This document shows, in pieces, positions 42,598 through 53,700 of a DNA stretch of 64,000 nucleotides (positions within the stretch are counted from its first letter, which is position 1; each line of letters begins with the position of its first letter). The notes below the pieces were generated by a model. It had not been told where the DNA came from, made no database searches, and saw only the letters and a list, made by a program, of their open reading frames with translations. Source of the stretch: Auanema rhodensis (Eukaryota > Animalia > Nematoda); NCBI GenBank assembly GCA_964057225.1, contig OZ059895.1, forward strand, positions 12,772,001 to 12,836,000, in the 5' to 3' direction. Position numbers and translations under genes: made by a program.

Positions 42598-43950
42598 TTA
42601 AGTTTCGTAGTCTTCTTGTTCTTTTATCCAGCTTTCGTCCAATTGCAGTGCGCATTGCGCTTTAGCCCTTTTTTGACGCTTAGCTGGCAACTTTTTATAT
42701 TCTCTTTCAATTAAGTTGTGTATATTACTGTCATTTGGATATTTGGGAAAGAGTATATAATTGCCCGTGGTTGATTGAAATATAGGTTGCGAAAAACATG
42801 ATGTAATCTGTTTTGGAATTTGTTTATTGTCGATAACAAGGGCTGACTGCGTATTGGGAATCAGTATTATGCTGTCTCCAATGATGGCATCATATTCGCT
42901 CATGTCTATATAGTTGCATCTCTGTTCGTATGATTGGATTTCCCAGATGATCATTGAAGTATTGGATGCGCATTGGCCATGATGTGCAAGACAGCCTTCC
43001 GTATTGAGTAATAGATTTGTCAATATGGTGTCGTCTGGCATCCTGGTCATAACGCCTCTTTCCAAAACCAGTCGTTCTTTTTCTTCGAATTGTTCGTAAT
43101 TGAATGAGCGCGCTGGAGAGAATGTAGGTTCGGTTGTCGCGTATGTCAAGCTATCCAATTTAATCAGGTCTTCTGATTTCCATTTACGGTCGCGGACAGC
43201 CAGTCTACATTCGTTTTCTGTTGTTGGCTCAATTCGAACAATGGAGGAGTTATGATCTCTTAAAAATAGCAAATCCCTGATGCATATTTTATGTATTCCT
43301 TTTGAACATCGCCATGAATCCCATTTGTGAGCCGTCTGGTTTCTGGTATACAGGTGTATGTTTGTGCGGAGGACATGTTTGGTAGGTGGTATTGTGCATT
43401 TCCTCAGGGGTGGGGGTATAAGGAGGGCTCCACCTGTAGCTTTAGTGCACATCTGATAAGCATCAGTTATGGTGATTAGTGATAAGATCACTGATAAAGC
43501 TACTGCTAGTGTTAAGGGGGATATCAAGGTCAAATTATTGACTCTTGAGCCTCTTCCTCTACCTCTATTATTGTTGTTTCCCTTGAAGGGATTATTGCCG
43601 CGTTGACGGTTATCACTCTCCTGATTACGTGATAAGTTGTTATTTCTTTGATACCAATTTGGATTTGAGAAATTTCTACCGCGATTACCAAGATTGCGGT
43701 TTCTTACGAAAGAATTTTGCAAATTTTGTGGTTTCTGATTATTTGATGAATTTTGATAACTTTGATAATTTTGATAATTTTGGTAGTTTCTATTGTTAAA
43801 TGATTGATAGCCTCTGCCGATTCCTCGCCTTCCGGTGTCGCGCCTGGGAGGGAATGTTCTATCGATTGCGTTAACCAGTAGCGCCTGAGGGTCGGCTACT
43901 TGGTTAGCAATTGATTCCTCCCATCTGGCATTTATCAATTGCCTCGGCAA
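42598..43950 (-). CDS. Family B polyprotein, middle part (RG/N-rich nucleocapsid-like region, signal peptide, Env N-terminal half)
   Basis: LISPLTLAVALSVILSLITITDA signal peptide ~43527-43459; YQMCT..GG…PP…C matches family A YQLCT..GG…PP…C; furin RQKR 42678-42667. Confidence 0.88.
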   Translation of the reverse strand: MPRQLINARWEESIANQVADPQALLVNAIDRTFPPRRDTGRRGIGRGYQSFNNRNYQNYQNYQSYQNSSNNQKPQNLQNSFVRNRNLGNRGRNFSNPNWYQRNNNLSRNQESDNRQRGNNPFKGNNNNRGRGRGSRVNNLTLISPLTLAVALSVILSLITITDAYQMCTKATGGALLIPPPLRKCTIPPTKHVLRTNIHLYTRNQTAHKWDSWRCSKGIHKICIRDLLFLRDHNSSIVRIEPTTENECRLAVRDRKWKSEDLIKLDSLTYATTEPTFSPARSFNYEQFEEKERLVLERGVMTRMPDDTILTNLLLNTEGCLAHHGQCASNTSMIIWEIQSYEQRCNYIDMSEYDAIIGDSIILIPNTQSALVIDNKQIPKQITSCFSQPIFQSTTGNYILFPKYPNDSNIHNLIEREYKKLPAKRQKRAKAQCALQLDESWIKEQEDYET

Positions 43951-45643
43951 ACGTTTTTGGTTTAGCTCTGATTACCCCCGGGCGTATTGTGTTTTTGAGA
44001 CCGCGTAGAAAGGTGGATCTAAGGATATGGTCCTTGTGTGGGTCTGTATGGGAGAAAGCGTTTAAGCTTAGGCTTCGTAAAGTTTGTGCAAATCCATCTA
44101 CTGATAGCTCGCCTTGGGTGGAATTCTGTAGCGTTATCAGCGCCGGATCTTGATTATACTCTGGGCATAGCCTAGAGGTAAGTTCTTCGATGAGAGTATT
44201 CCACGAGCCAGATGTCTTGATAGTATCGCTAAGCTGTGTATAAGCTTCTTCAGCTCGTTCGTTTTTGAGAAGTAATGGTAAGATTGTTAATCTTTCGGGC
44301 ATAACTAAGCCTAAGGCGTTTGCAAAGGTGTTAAACTTGGCCACGAAGTCTCTAAAGTTGCGACTTCCGTCGTATATAGGGCAATATGGGGAGCTTAATG
44401 CCTGAGCAATGGTAGATTTACCCGCTCCTGGAAGCCGTGATGTTTCGGTCATTTCGGATGAGATGCCCTCAGGGTATGTGATAGGTGATATTATCACTTC
44501 GCTCCCTGTTGGATCTTGATGAGTGTTTTCTATTGCCTTAGGGTTTCTGCTAGAGGAGCCTATTATAGGTGTAGTTGTTGCGAAACGGGCTCTTGGAACC
44601 TGGATGACTTTACCAGATGCCTGAGGCGATGTTCTATCAGTTGATCGTGAGCTAGGGATCGCACTATCTGATCTGTTAAGATTAGGATTATGTGAAGAAA
44701 ACCGGGGTTTTGCTGTTCCGCCGGGTGTTGTTTTATCGCCTGGGGATAAGTTTAAAATCTTTATCAGTCGATTTGTTAAAGATCTTTTGTTTTTAAACTT
44801 ATCAGTTGTTAATGATAAGGGTGAAGCTTCTTGTATGCCTTCGAGGCTGGCTTCTACTGACAAAGTTTCTGTTGCGCGCTTACTGGGTGTTTTTGTCTTC
44901 CGCTTATTAGGGATATTCTTTTTGATCTTATCAGTGATTTTTGATAAGGTTGAAGGGTTGTCACTAAGTTGGGTGGGTTCTAAAGTTAGCGAATGTGGTT
45001 GATTAATAGGCGTGGAAGACGCTTGCGGGCTTTGTGTTAACCCGAGGGATGGGGAAGGTGCGTTATCAGTGATAACTGATAAGTTCGACGCGTTTGGGTC
45101 TGAGGTTACCGGTGAGGCAGATGCGGTTGTCGGCTTTTTTTTTTGAATTTTTCGCAAATTTTTATTAGTATCAACTGAGCGTACCTTGGGATTTGTAGTT
45201 GGAGTTTGAGTGCTGTCGTCGGCTATGATGAAGTCCGGGTCTTCGTCAGTGTCGTCAGAAGGTGAATATGTACCTTCTCGGGGAGTATAGAACTTGTCGA
45301 CTTGCGGCTTCGGCTTCTCGTCTGGTTGGTGCGGTTCTTCTATTTGAACACTGAGAAGTCGGGTGCGGCTTCGGGTACGACTTGCGACAGTAGCGTCACT
45401 GTTGATATCGGACGGGTAAAGGGCTGGGAAAGCCGATGAGAATCTTTTGGCCACCTTTGTAGGACTTTTGGTTTGGAAAAACCGAGAATGGTGAGCTACG
45501 TGTGGGATGTTGATGTAAGGTGCGTAAGATTCTTTTAGATGTGTGTTGGGAGAGAGAGAGATTCGGGAGCAATAGGATAGTCGTGCTTCGCTGGGCGATG
45601 CGGAGGGTAGATGAGAGGGAGTTTTCCAAATCGTGGCCACCAA
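43904..45643 (-). CDS. Family B polyprotein, N-terminal part (Gag)
   Basis: PIYDGS…MPERL…LLL…RA.EAY…LRSTF..GL matches the family A capsid region; frameshifted by a 1-bp insertion near 43931 relative to copy 1. Confidence 0.88.
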   Translation of the reverse strand: MVATIWKTPSHLPSASPSEARLSYCSRISLSPNTHLKESYAPYINIPHVAHHSRFFQTKSPTKVAKRFSSAFPALYPSDINSDATVASRTRSRTRLLSVQIEEPHQPDEKPKPQVDKFYTPREGTYSPSDDTDEDPDFIIADDSTQTPTTNPKVRSVDTNKNLRKIQKKKPTTASASPVTSDPNASNLSVITDNAPSPSLGLTQSPQASSTPINQPHSLTLEPTQLSDNPSTLSKITDKIKKNIPNKRKTKTPSKRATETLSVEASLEGIQEASPLSLTTDKFKNKRSLTNRLIKILNLSPGDKTTPGGTAKPRFSSHNPNLNRSDSAIPSSRSTDRTSPQASGKVIQVPRARFATTTPIIGSSSRNPKAIENTHQDPTGSEVIISPITYPEGISSEMTETSRLPGAGKSTIAQALSSPYCPIYDGSRNFRDFVAKFNTFANALGLVMPERLTILPLLLKNERAEEAYTQLSDTIKTSGSWNTLIEELTSRLCPEYNQDPALITLQNSTQGELSVDGFAQTLRSLSLNAFSHTDPHKDHILRSTFLRGLKNTIRPGVIRAKPKTFAEAIDKCQMGGINC

Positions 45644-45867
45644 TCTGACTCCGCCTATCTACCGTAAGCTTATTATAGTTAATGATGTTTATCTCTTCTC
45701 AAAAACTATTTTTATCCGATCTTGCACTTTCCTCTAATTTTGTTTTCTTACTGCTCTAGAATCTTCAAAAAAACTTTATTCATGTCGTCCCCTTTGTACT
45801 TTTGCGGCCTTTGGACATTTATTTTAAGGTTAGAAACAAAAGAAAAGAAAAGAAAGAAAGAAAAAAA

Positions 45868-46412
45868 ATGGATTTCCAACGTTATAATCCCACTGGCATG
45901 ACTTATGTCCTGTGGAAATTATACGAATCCATCGTTGAATACGATGGAGAAGGAGTTTTGGCTTATAGGCCAAATCCTGATATAATTTTGATGGTTTGTG
46001 TATCTCCATTTTATGTTTGATTATTTGATTACTTTAGTTTATCGAAGATCTCCAAATGTATTATTTGGGGCAGGGCCATATAAACTTTGCCACCTTCGTA
46101 GATGTAGCTCCCGAAGTGGAGCTTGTTGGTCGAAGGTGCTTAGTTGATCTATGCGCTCATGTATATAATGGTAGGGCCGGTTTATTAACCGCACGTCCTT
46201 GGGCCTGGTACCAGGAAAAGAGTCATTTTTATTATTATTTATTATATAGATTATTGTTTAAAATCTATATTGTTTATGATGACTCATTATTTGGTTTGGA
46301 ACTTAGGGTTTTGCGAGGTTTAGAATATAGTGAAGATTTAATTGCGAGCGAAACTCCTATGTTTCTTGCCTCTGAGTTTCGAACTCGGTTGCAAATCAAA
46401 TATGGGTATTGA
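45868..46412 (+). CDS. Putative spliced antisense accessory gene, family B copy 2 (exons 45868-45993 and 46038-46412)
   Basis: Same structure as 3801-4345: 44-nt GT-AG intron 45994-46037; AATAAA 46416-46421. Confidence 0.55.
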
Positions 46413-47398
46413 CTGAATAAATTTTGTACTCTGTGTTTTTATTTTTATGCGCTTTGCTCTGTTTTCGTCAAGAAAATGGACTTATGTTTTCAATCTTTTT
46501 TTCATTCTTTTTCCCTTAAATAGCATGTTTTGCTCAAAATGTTTTCGACATTGTGCATGCTAATGAGGTTTGAGGAGAGTTATTGAAAAGGCTGTCCTTT
46601 TTCTTGATCAAAATAAGCAAAAGTGCGTTTTCCTAAGCGAATTTCTTTTTGAAAATGAGAAAAATACGTCTATTTTTAAACATTTCCCATTTACTTAGGA
46701 TTACTGTAGGAGATAAGGGGTATCTTATGAGTTGAAACAACGAAATGATTTGAGGAAGGTGACATAATCTACGGGGATAAAATCCGTAGCAGTTATGCTT
46801 CCGCCAACTTGACCTGACTGTCAAATAAGAGCTGAGAAGTCTTATTGCAGATTTACCAGGCTTTTTCGGACTAGTGTGGTCTCTTTTTTTTTTTTTTTTT
46901 CAATTTATGTAACCGTTTTTGGTTTCCCGCAAAATAATATGTAAAATGATCTTTTACGTCTGAATATAATAATTTTTCAAAATTCTAGTCCTGACCACAA
47001 AATATACAAACTATAATCGTTTGCGCGCGTCTTATAAATTTTTGTTCCAATAATCAAACTTCTCTATGCCCAAAAAAAATGTGAACAATTATAATTTCTC
47101 GTTTGGCGAAATTGTCCTCTATTTCAATCCAAACGTCCTCAAAATGGCATGAGAAGCGGTACAAGATACGATAAAGAAAAGGGTGGACATTCAGACGGTT
47201 TTAAATTGAGGACGGCGGGCAAAAATTTTATTGGTCCTATCTCGCATTTAAGCGAGATCCCTTGTATCTGTACCTTAAACAAATTGGCGCCTTCATTTTG
47301 TTGTTTCAAGTGGAGGAATTTATAATTTAGAATGCAAAAATGGACTTTTACAATAAAAAGAAAATTTTTTTTTTTTTTTTTTCAAAAGATGAGTTCGA

Positions 47399-47411
47399 GG
47401 TGGAACCTCCA
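47399..47411 (-). promoter_or_regulatory. Primer-binding site (tRNA-Gln), family B copy 2
   Basis: Minus strand TGGAGGTTCCACC abutting the 5' LTR. Confidence 0.85.
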
Positions 47412-47755
47412 CGTTCCGTTATGCTCCTGCGTCGATAATATAAACCATTGTAGTTTATACCATGACGCGAATAGTATTCCTTGGTGTAGCGGTAGGAATA
47501 CAGAGCATAAGGTCAATCATAAGATGAAAGAGAGAAAGATTTATTGGCATGAAACTACAACAATAATATACAAAGATAAAGATACAATACAATAAGATAA
47601 ATATGAGTATAAAGACTAAACTACAAGCCGTCCATCAGCTTGCTAAGAGGCGAACTCCCGACCAAGGGAACGAGGGAAGGCGGAGCCATTCCTCGGTCCT
47701 CTGGTCGTCTGGCTCTAACCCTTCAGCTACATATATGGGGAGTCCGAATGGAACG
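47412..47755 (-). repeat. Family B 5' LTR (344 bp)
   Basis: Direct repeat of 35670-36013. Confidence 0.96.
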
Positions 47756-50700
47756 TTGGAAAAAAAACAATAACGAGGATAAGTATGTAAATCATTGAAT
47801 ATCAGGTATTTTCGCTTACGACCATACCACGTTGAAAGTACGCCATCCCGTCCGATCTGGCAAGTCAAGCAACGTTGGGCCCGGTTAGTACTTGGATCGG
47901 AGACGGCTTGGGAATCCCGGGTGCCGTAAGCTTTTCAAATTTTTTTAACGATCATACCACGTTGAAAGTACGCCATGCAGCTGATTTTCAATTTTATCTC
48001 TTCAGTAACAAATGTTTTTAATTTTCCAGCAGTTTTACTTAGATAGCTCAACCCAAGGCATCAAAATATCTTCCATCTTATTTCTATATTACAGTTATAA
48101 ACCAGTAGTTTATGAACCTTCATCTTAACTTTACTGTTTCTATCTATTTCCTATTGAAACAAACATTGTTTAAACACTATACAACTGTGAAACCTTTTTT
48201 AATTTATTGTATTTGGATCTCATAAGATTTGATATCATCGAGGGATTTAGAAGTAACGTAGAAAATTACATAACTAACATGAAATTGGAAAAAAAACAAT
48301 AACGAGGATAAGTATGTAAATCATTGAATATCAGGTATTTTCGCTTACGACCATACCACGTTGAAAGTACGCCATCCCGTCCGATCTGGCAAGTCAAGCA
48401 ACGTTGGGCCCGGTTATTACTTGGATCGGAGACGGCTTGGGAATCCCGGGTGCCGTAAGCTTTTCAAATTTTTTTAACGATCATACCACGTTGAAAGTAC
48501 GCCATGCAGCTGATTTTCAATTTTATCTCTTCAGTAACAAATGTTTTTAATTTTCCAGCAGTTTTACTTAGATAGCTCAACCCAAGGCATCAAAATATCT
48601 TCAATCTTATTTCTATATTACAGTTATAAACCGGTAGTTTATGAACCTTCATCTTAACTTTACTGTTTCTATCTATTTCCTATTGAAACAAACATTGTTT
48701 TAACACTATACAACTGTGAAACCTTTTTTAATTTATTGTATTTGGAGCTCATAAGATTTGATATCATCGAGGAATTCAGATGTAACGTAGAAAATTACAT
48801 AACTAACATGAAATTGGAAAAAAAACAATAACGAGGATAAGTATGTAAATCATTGAATATCAGGTATTTTCGCTTACGACCATACCACGTTGAAAGTACG
48901 CCATCCCGTCCGATCTGGCAAGTCAAGCAACGTTGGGCCCGGTTAGTACTTGGATCGGAGACGGCTTGGGAATCCCGGGTGCCGTAAGCTTTTCAAATTT
49001 TTTTAACGATCATACCACGTTGAAAGTACGCCATGCAGCTGATTTTCAATTTTATCTCTTCAGTGACAAATGTTTTTAATTTTCCAGCAGTTTTACTTAG
49101 ATAGCTCAACCCAAGGCATCAAAATATCTTCAATCTTATTTCTATATTACAGTTATAAACCAGTAGTTTATGAACCTTCATCTTAACTTTACTGTTTCTA
49201 TCTATTTCCTATTGAAACAAACATTGTTTTAACACTATACAACTGTGAAACCTTTTTTAATTTATTGTATTTGGAGCTCATAAGATTTGATATCATCGAG
49301 GAATTTAGATGTAACGTAGAAAATTACATAACTAACATGAAATTGGAAAAAAAACAATAACGAGGATAAGTATGTAAATCATTGAATATCAGATTTTTTC
49401 GCTTACGACCATACCACGTTGAAAGTACGCCATGCAGCTGATTTTCAATTTTATCTCTTCCGTAACAAATGTTTTTAATTTTCCAGCAGTTTTACTTAGA
49501 TAGCTCAACCCAAGACATCAAAATATCTTCAATCTTATTTCTATATTACAGTTATAAACCAGTAGTTTATGAACCTTCATCTTAACTTTACTGTTTCTAT
49601 CTATTTCCTATTGAAACAAACATTGTTTAAACACTATACAACTGTGAAACCTTTTTTAATTTATTGTATTTGGATCTCATAAGATTTGATATCATCGAGG
49701 GATTTAGATGTAACGTAGAAAATTACATAACTAACATGAAATTGGAAAAAAAAACAATAACGAGGATAAGTATGTAAATCATTGAATATCAGGTATTTTC
49801 GCTTACGACCATACCACGTTGAAAGTACGCCATCCCGTCCGATCTGGCAAGTCAAGCAACGTTGGGCCCGGTTAGTACTTGGATCGGAGACGGCTTGGGA
49901 AACCCGGGTGCCGTAAGCTTTTCAAATTTTTTTAACGATCATACCACGTTGAAAGTACGCAATGCAGCTGATTTTTAATTTTATCTCTTCAGTAACAAAT
50001 GTTTTTAATTTTCCAGCAGTTTTACTTAGATAGCTCAACCCAAGGCATCAAAATATCTTCAATCTTATTTCTATATTACAGTTATAAACCAGTAGTTTAT
50101 GAACCTTCATCTTAACTTTACTGTTTCTATCTATTTCCTATTGAAACAAACATTGTTTTAACACTATACAACTGTGAAACCTTTTTTAATTTATTGTATT
50201 TGGAGCTCATAAGATTTGATATCATCGAGGAATTTAGATGTAACGTAGAAAATTACATAACTAACATGAAATTGGAAAAAAAACAATAACGAGGATAAGT
50301 ATGTAAATCATTGAATATCAGATTTTTTCGCTTACGACCATACCACGTTGAAAGTACGCCATGCAGCAGATTTTCAATTTTATCTCTTCCGTAACAAATG
50401 TTTTTAATTTTCCAGCAGTTTTACTTAGATAGCTCAACCCAAGGCATCAAAATATCTTCAATCTTATTTTTATATTACAGTTATAAACCAGTAGTTTATG
50501 AACCTTCATCTTAACTTTACTGTTTCTATCTATTTCCTATTGAACCAAACATTGTTTAAACACTATACAACTGTGAAACCTTTTTAATTTATTGTATTTG
50601 GATCTCATAAGATTTGATGTCATCGAGGGATTTAGATGTAACGTAGAAAATTACATAACTAACATGAAATTGGAAAAAAACAATAACGAGGATAAGTATG

Positions 50701-53700
50701 TAAATCATTGAATATCAGGTATTTTCGCTTACGACCATACCACGTTGAAAGTACGCCATCCCGTCCGATCTGGCAAGTCAAGCAACGTTGGGCCCGGTTA
50801 GTACTTGGATCGGAGACGGCTTGGGAATCCCGGGTGCCGTAAGCTTTTCAAATTTTTTTAACGATCATACCACGTTGAAAGTACGCCATGCAGCTGATTT
50901 TCAATTTTATCTCTTCCGTAACAAATGTTTTTAATTTTCCAGCAGTTTTACTTAGATAGCTCAACCCAAGACATCAAAATATCTTCAATCTTATTTCTAT
51001 ATTACAGTTATAAACCAGTAGTTTATGAACCTTCATCTTAACTTTACTGTTTCTATCTATTTCCTATTGAAACAAACATTGTTTAAACACTATACAACTG
51101 TGAAACCTTTTTTAATTTATTGTATTTGGATCTCATAAGATTTGATATCATCGAGGGATTTAGATGTAACGTAGAAAATTACATAACTAACATGAAATTG
51201 GAAAAAAAAACAATAACGAGGATAAGTATGTAAATCATTGAATATCAGGTATTTTCGCTTACGACCATACCACGTTGAAAGTACGCCATCCCGTCCGATC
51301 TGGCAAGTCAAGCAACGTTGGGCCCGGTTAGTACTTGGATCGGAGACGGCTTGGGAAACCCGGGTGCCGTAAGCTTTTCAAATTTTTTTAACGATCATAC
51401 CACGTTGAAAGTACGCAATGCAGCTGATTTTTAATTTTATCTCTTCAGTAACAAATGTTTTTAATTTTCCAGCAGTTTTACTTAGATAGCTCAACCCAAG
51501 GCATCAAAATATCTTCAATCTTATTTCTATATTACAGTTATAAACCAGTAGTTTATGAACCTTCATCTTAACTTTACTGTTTCTATCTATTTCCTATTGA
51601 AACAAACATTGTTTTAACACTATACAACTGTGAAACCTTTTTTAATTTATTGTATTTGGAGCTCATAAGATTTGATATCATCGAGGAATTTAGATGTAAC
51701 GTAGAAAATTACATAACTAACATGAAATTGGAAAAAAAACAATAACGAGGATAAGTATGTAAATCATTGAATATCAGATTTTTTCGCTTACGACCATACC
51801 ACGTTGAAAGTACGCCATGCAGCTGATTTTCAATTTTATCTCTTCCGTAACAAATGTTTTTAATTTTCCAGCAGTTTTACTTAGATAGCTCAACCCAAGA
51901 CATCAAAATATCTTCAATCTTATTTCTATATTACAGTTATAAACCAGTAGTTTATGAACCTTCATCTTAACTTTACTGTTTCTATCTATTTCCTATTGAA
52001 ACAAACATTGTTTAAACACTATACAACTGTGAAACCTTTTTTAATTTATTGTATTTGGATCTCATAAGATTTGATATCATCGAGGGATTTAGATGTAACG
52101 TAGAAAATTACATAACTAACATGAAATTGGAAAAAAAAACAATAACGAGGATAAGTATGTAAATCATTGAATATCAGGTATTTTCGCTTACGACCATACC
52201 ACGTTGAAAGTACGCCATCCCGTCCGATCTGGCAAGTCAAGCAACGTTGGGCCCGGTTAGTACTTGGATCGGAGACGGCTTGGGAAACCCGGGTGCCGTA
52301 AGCTTTTCAAATTTTTTTAACGATCATACCACGTTGAAAGTACGCAATGCAGCTGATTTTTAATTTTATCTCTTCAGTAACAAATGTTTTTAATTTTCCA
52401 GCAGTTTTACTTAGATAGCTCAACCCAAGGCATCAAAATATCTTCAATCTTATTTCTATATTACAGTTATAAACCAGTAGTTTATGAACCTTCATCTTAA
52501 CTTTACTGTTTCTATCTATTTCCTATTGAAACAAACATTGTTTTAACACTATACAACTGTGAAACCTTTTTTAATTTATTGTATTTGGAGCTCATAAGAT
52601 TTGATATCATCGAGGAATTTAGATGTAACGTAGAAAATTACATAACTAACATGAAATTGGAAAAAAAACAATAACGAGGATAAGTATGTAAATCATTGAA
52701 TATCAGATTTTTTCGCTTACGACCATACCACGTTGAAAGTACGCCATGCAGCAGATTTTCAATTTTATCTCTTCCGTAACAAATGTTTTTAATTTTCCAG
52801 CAGTTTTACTTAGATAGCTCAACCCAAGGCATCAAAATATCTTCAATCTTATTTTTATATTACAGTTATAAACCAGTAGTTTATGAACCTTCATCTTAAC
52901 TTTACTGTTTCTATCTATTTCCTATTGAACCAAACATTGTTTAAACACTATACAACTGTGAAACCTTTTTAATTTATTGTATTTGGATCTCATAAGATTT
53001 GATGTCATCGAGGGATTTAGATGTAACGTAGAAAATTACATAACTAACATGAAATTGGAAAAAAAACAATAACGAGGATAAGTATGTAAATCATTGAATA
53101 TCAGGTATTTTCGCTTACGACCATACCACGTTGAAAGTACGCCATCCCGTCCGATCTGGCAAGTCAAGCAACGTTGGGCCCGGTTAGTACTTGGATCGGA
53201 GACGGCTTGGGAATCCCGGGTGCCGTAAGCTTTTCAAATTTTTTTAACGATCATACCACGTTGAAAGTACGCCATGCAGCTGATTTTCAATTTTATCTCT
53301 TCCGTAACAAATGTTTTTAATTTTCCAGCAGTTTTACTTAGATAGCTCAACCCAAGGCATCAAAATATCTTCAATCTTATTTCTATATTACAGTTATAAA
53401 CCAGTAGTTTATGATCCTTCATCTTAACTTTACTGTTTCTCTCTATTTCCTATTGAAACAAACATTGTTTAAACACTGTACAACTGTGAAACCTTTTTTA
53501 ATTTATTGTATTTGGATCTCATAAGATTTGATATCATCGAGGGATTTAGATGTAACGTAGAAAATTACATAACTAACATGAAATTGGAAAAAAAGCAATA
53601 ACGAGGATAAGTATGTAAATCATTGAATATCAGATTTTTTCGCTTACGACCATACCACGTTGAAAGTACGCCATGCAGCTGATTTTCAATTTTATCTCTT

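Larger units (their letters stand above)
35670..47755 (-). mobile_element. Family B Ty3/gypsy LTR retroelement, full length (12,086 bp), gag-env-pol order
   Basis: 344-bp LTRs with 1 difference; TSD TTGG (35666-35669 / 47756-47759); PBS, PPT, PR-RT-RH-IN. Confidence 0.97.

Noticed and set aside
42595-42600. Programmed stop-codon read-through within env
   Set aside because: Copy 1 has TTA (Leu) at this codon.
43904-43950. Programmed gag/env ribosomal frameshift in family B
   Set aside because: Copy 1 is in frame here (1 bp shorter) and family A is a single ORF, so this is a lesion or sequencing error.
47391-47411. tRNA gene fragment (GTTCGA…CCA)
   Set aside because: No cloverleaf; its position next to the LTR identifies it as the PBS.
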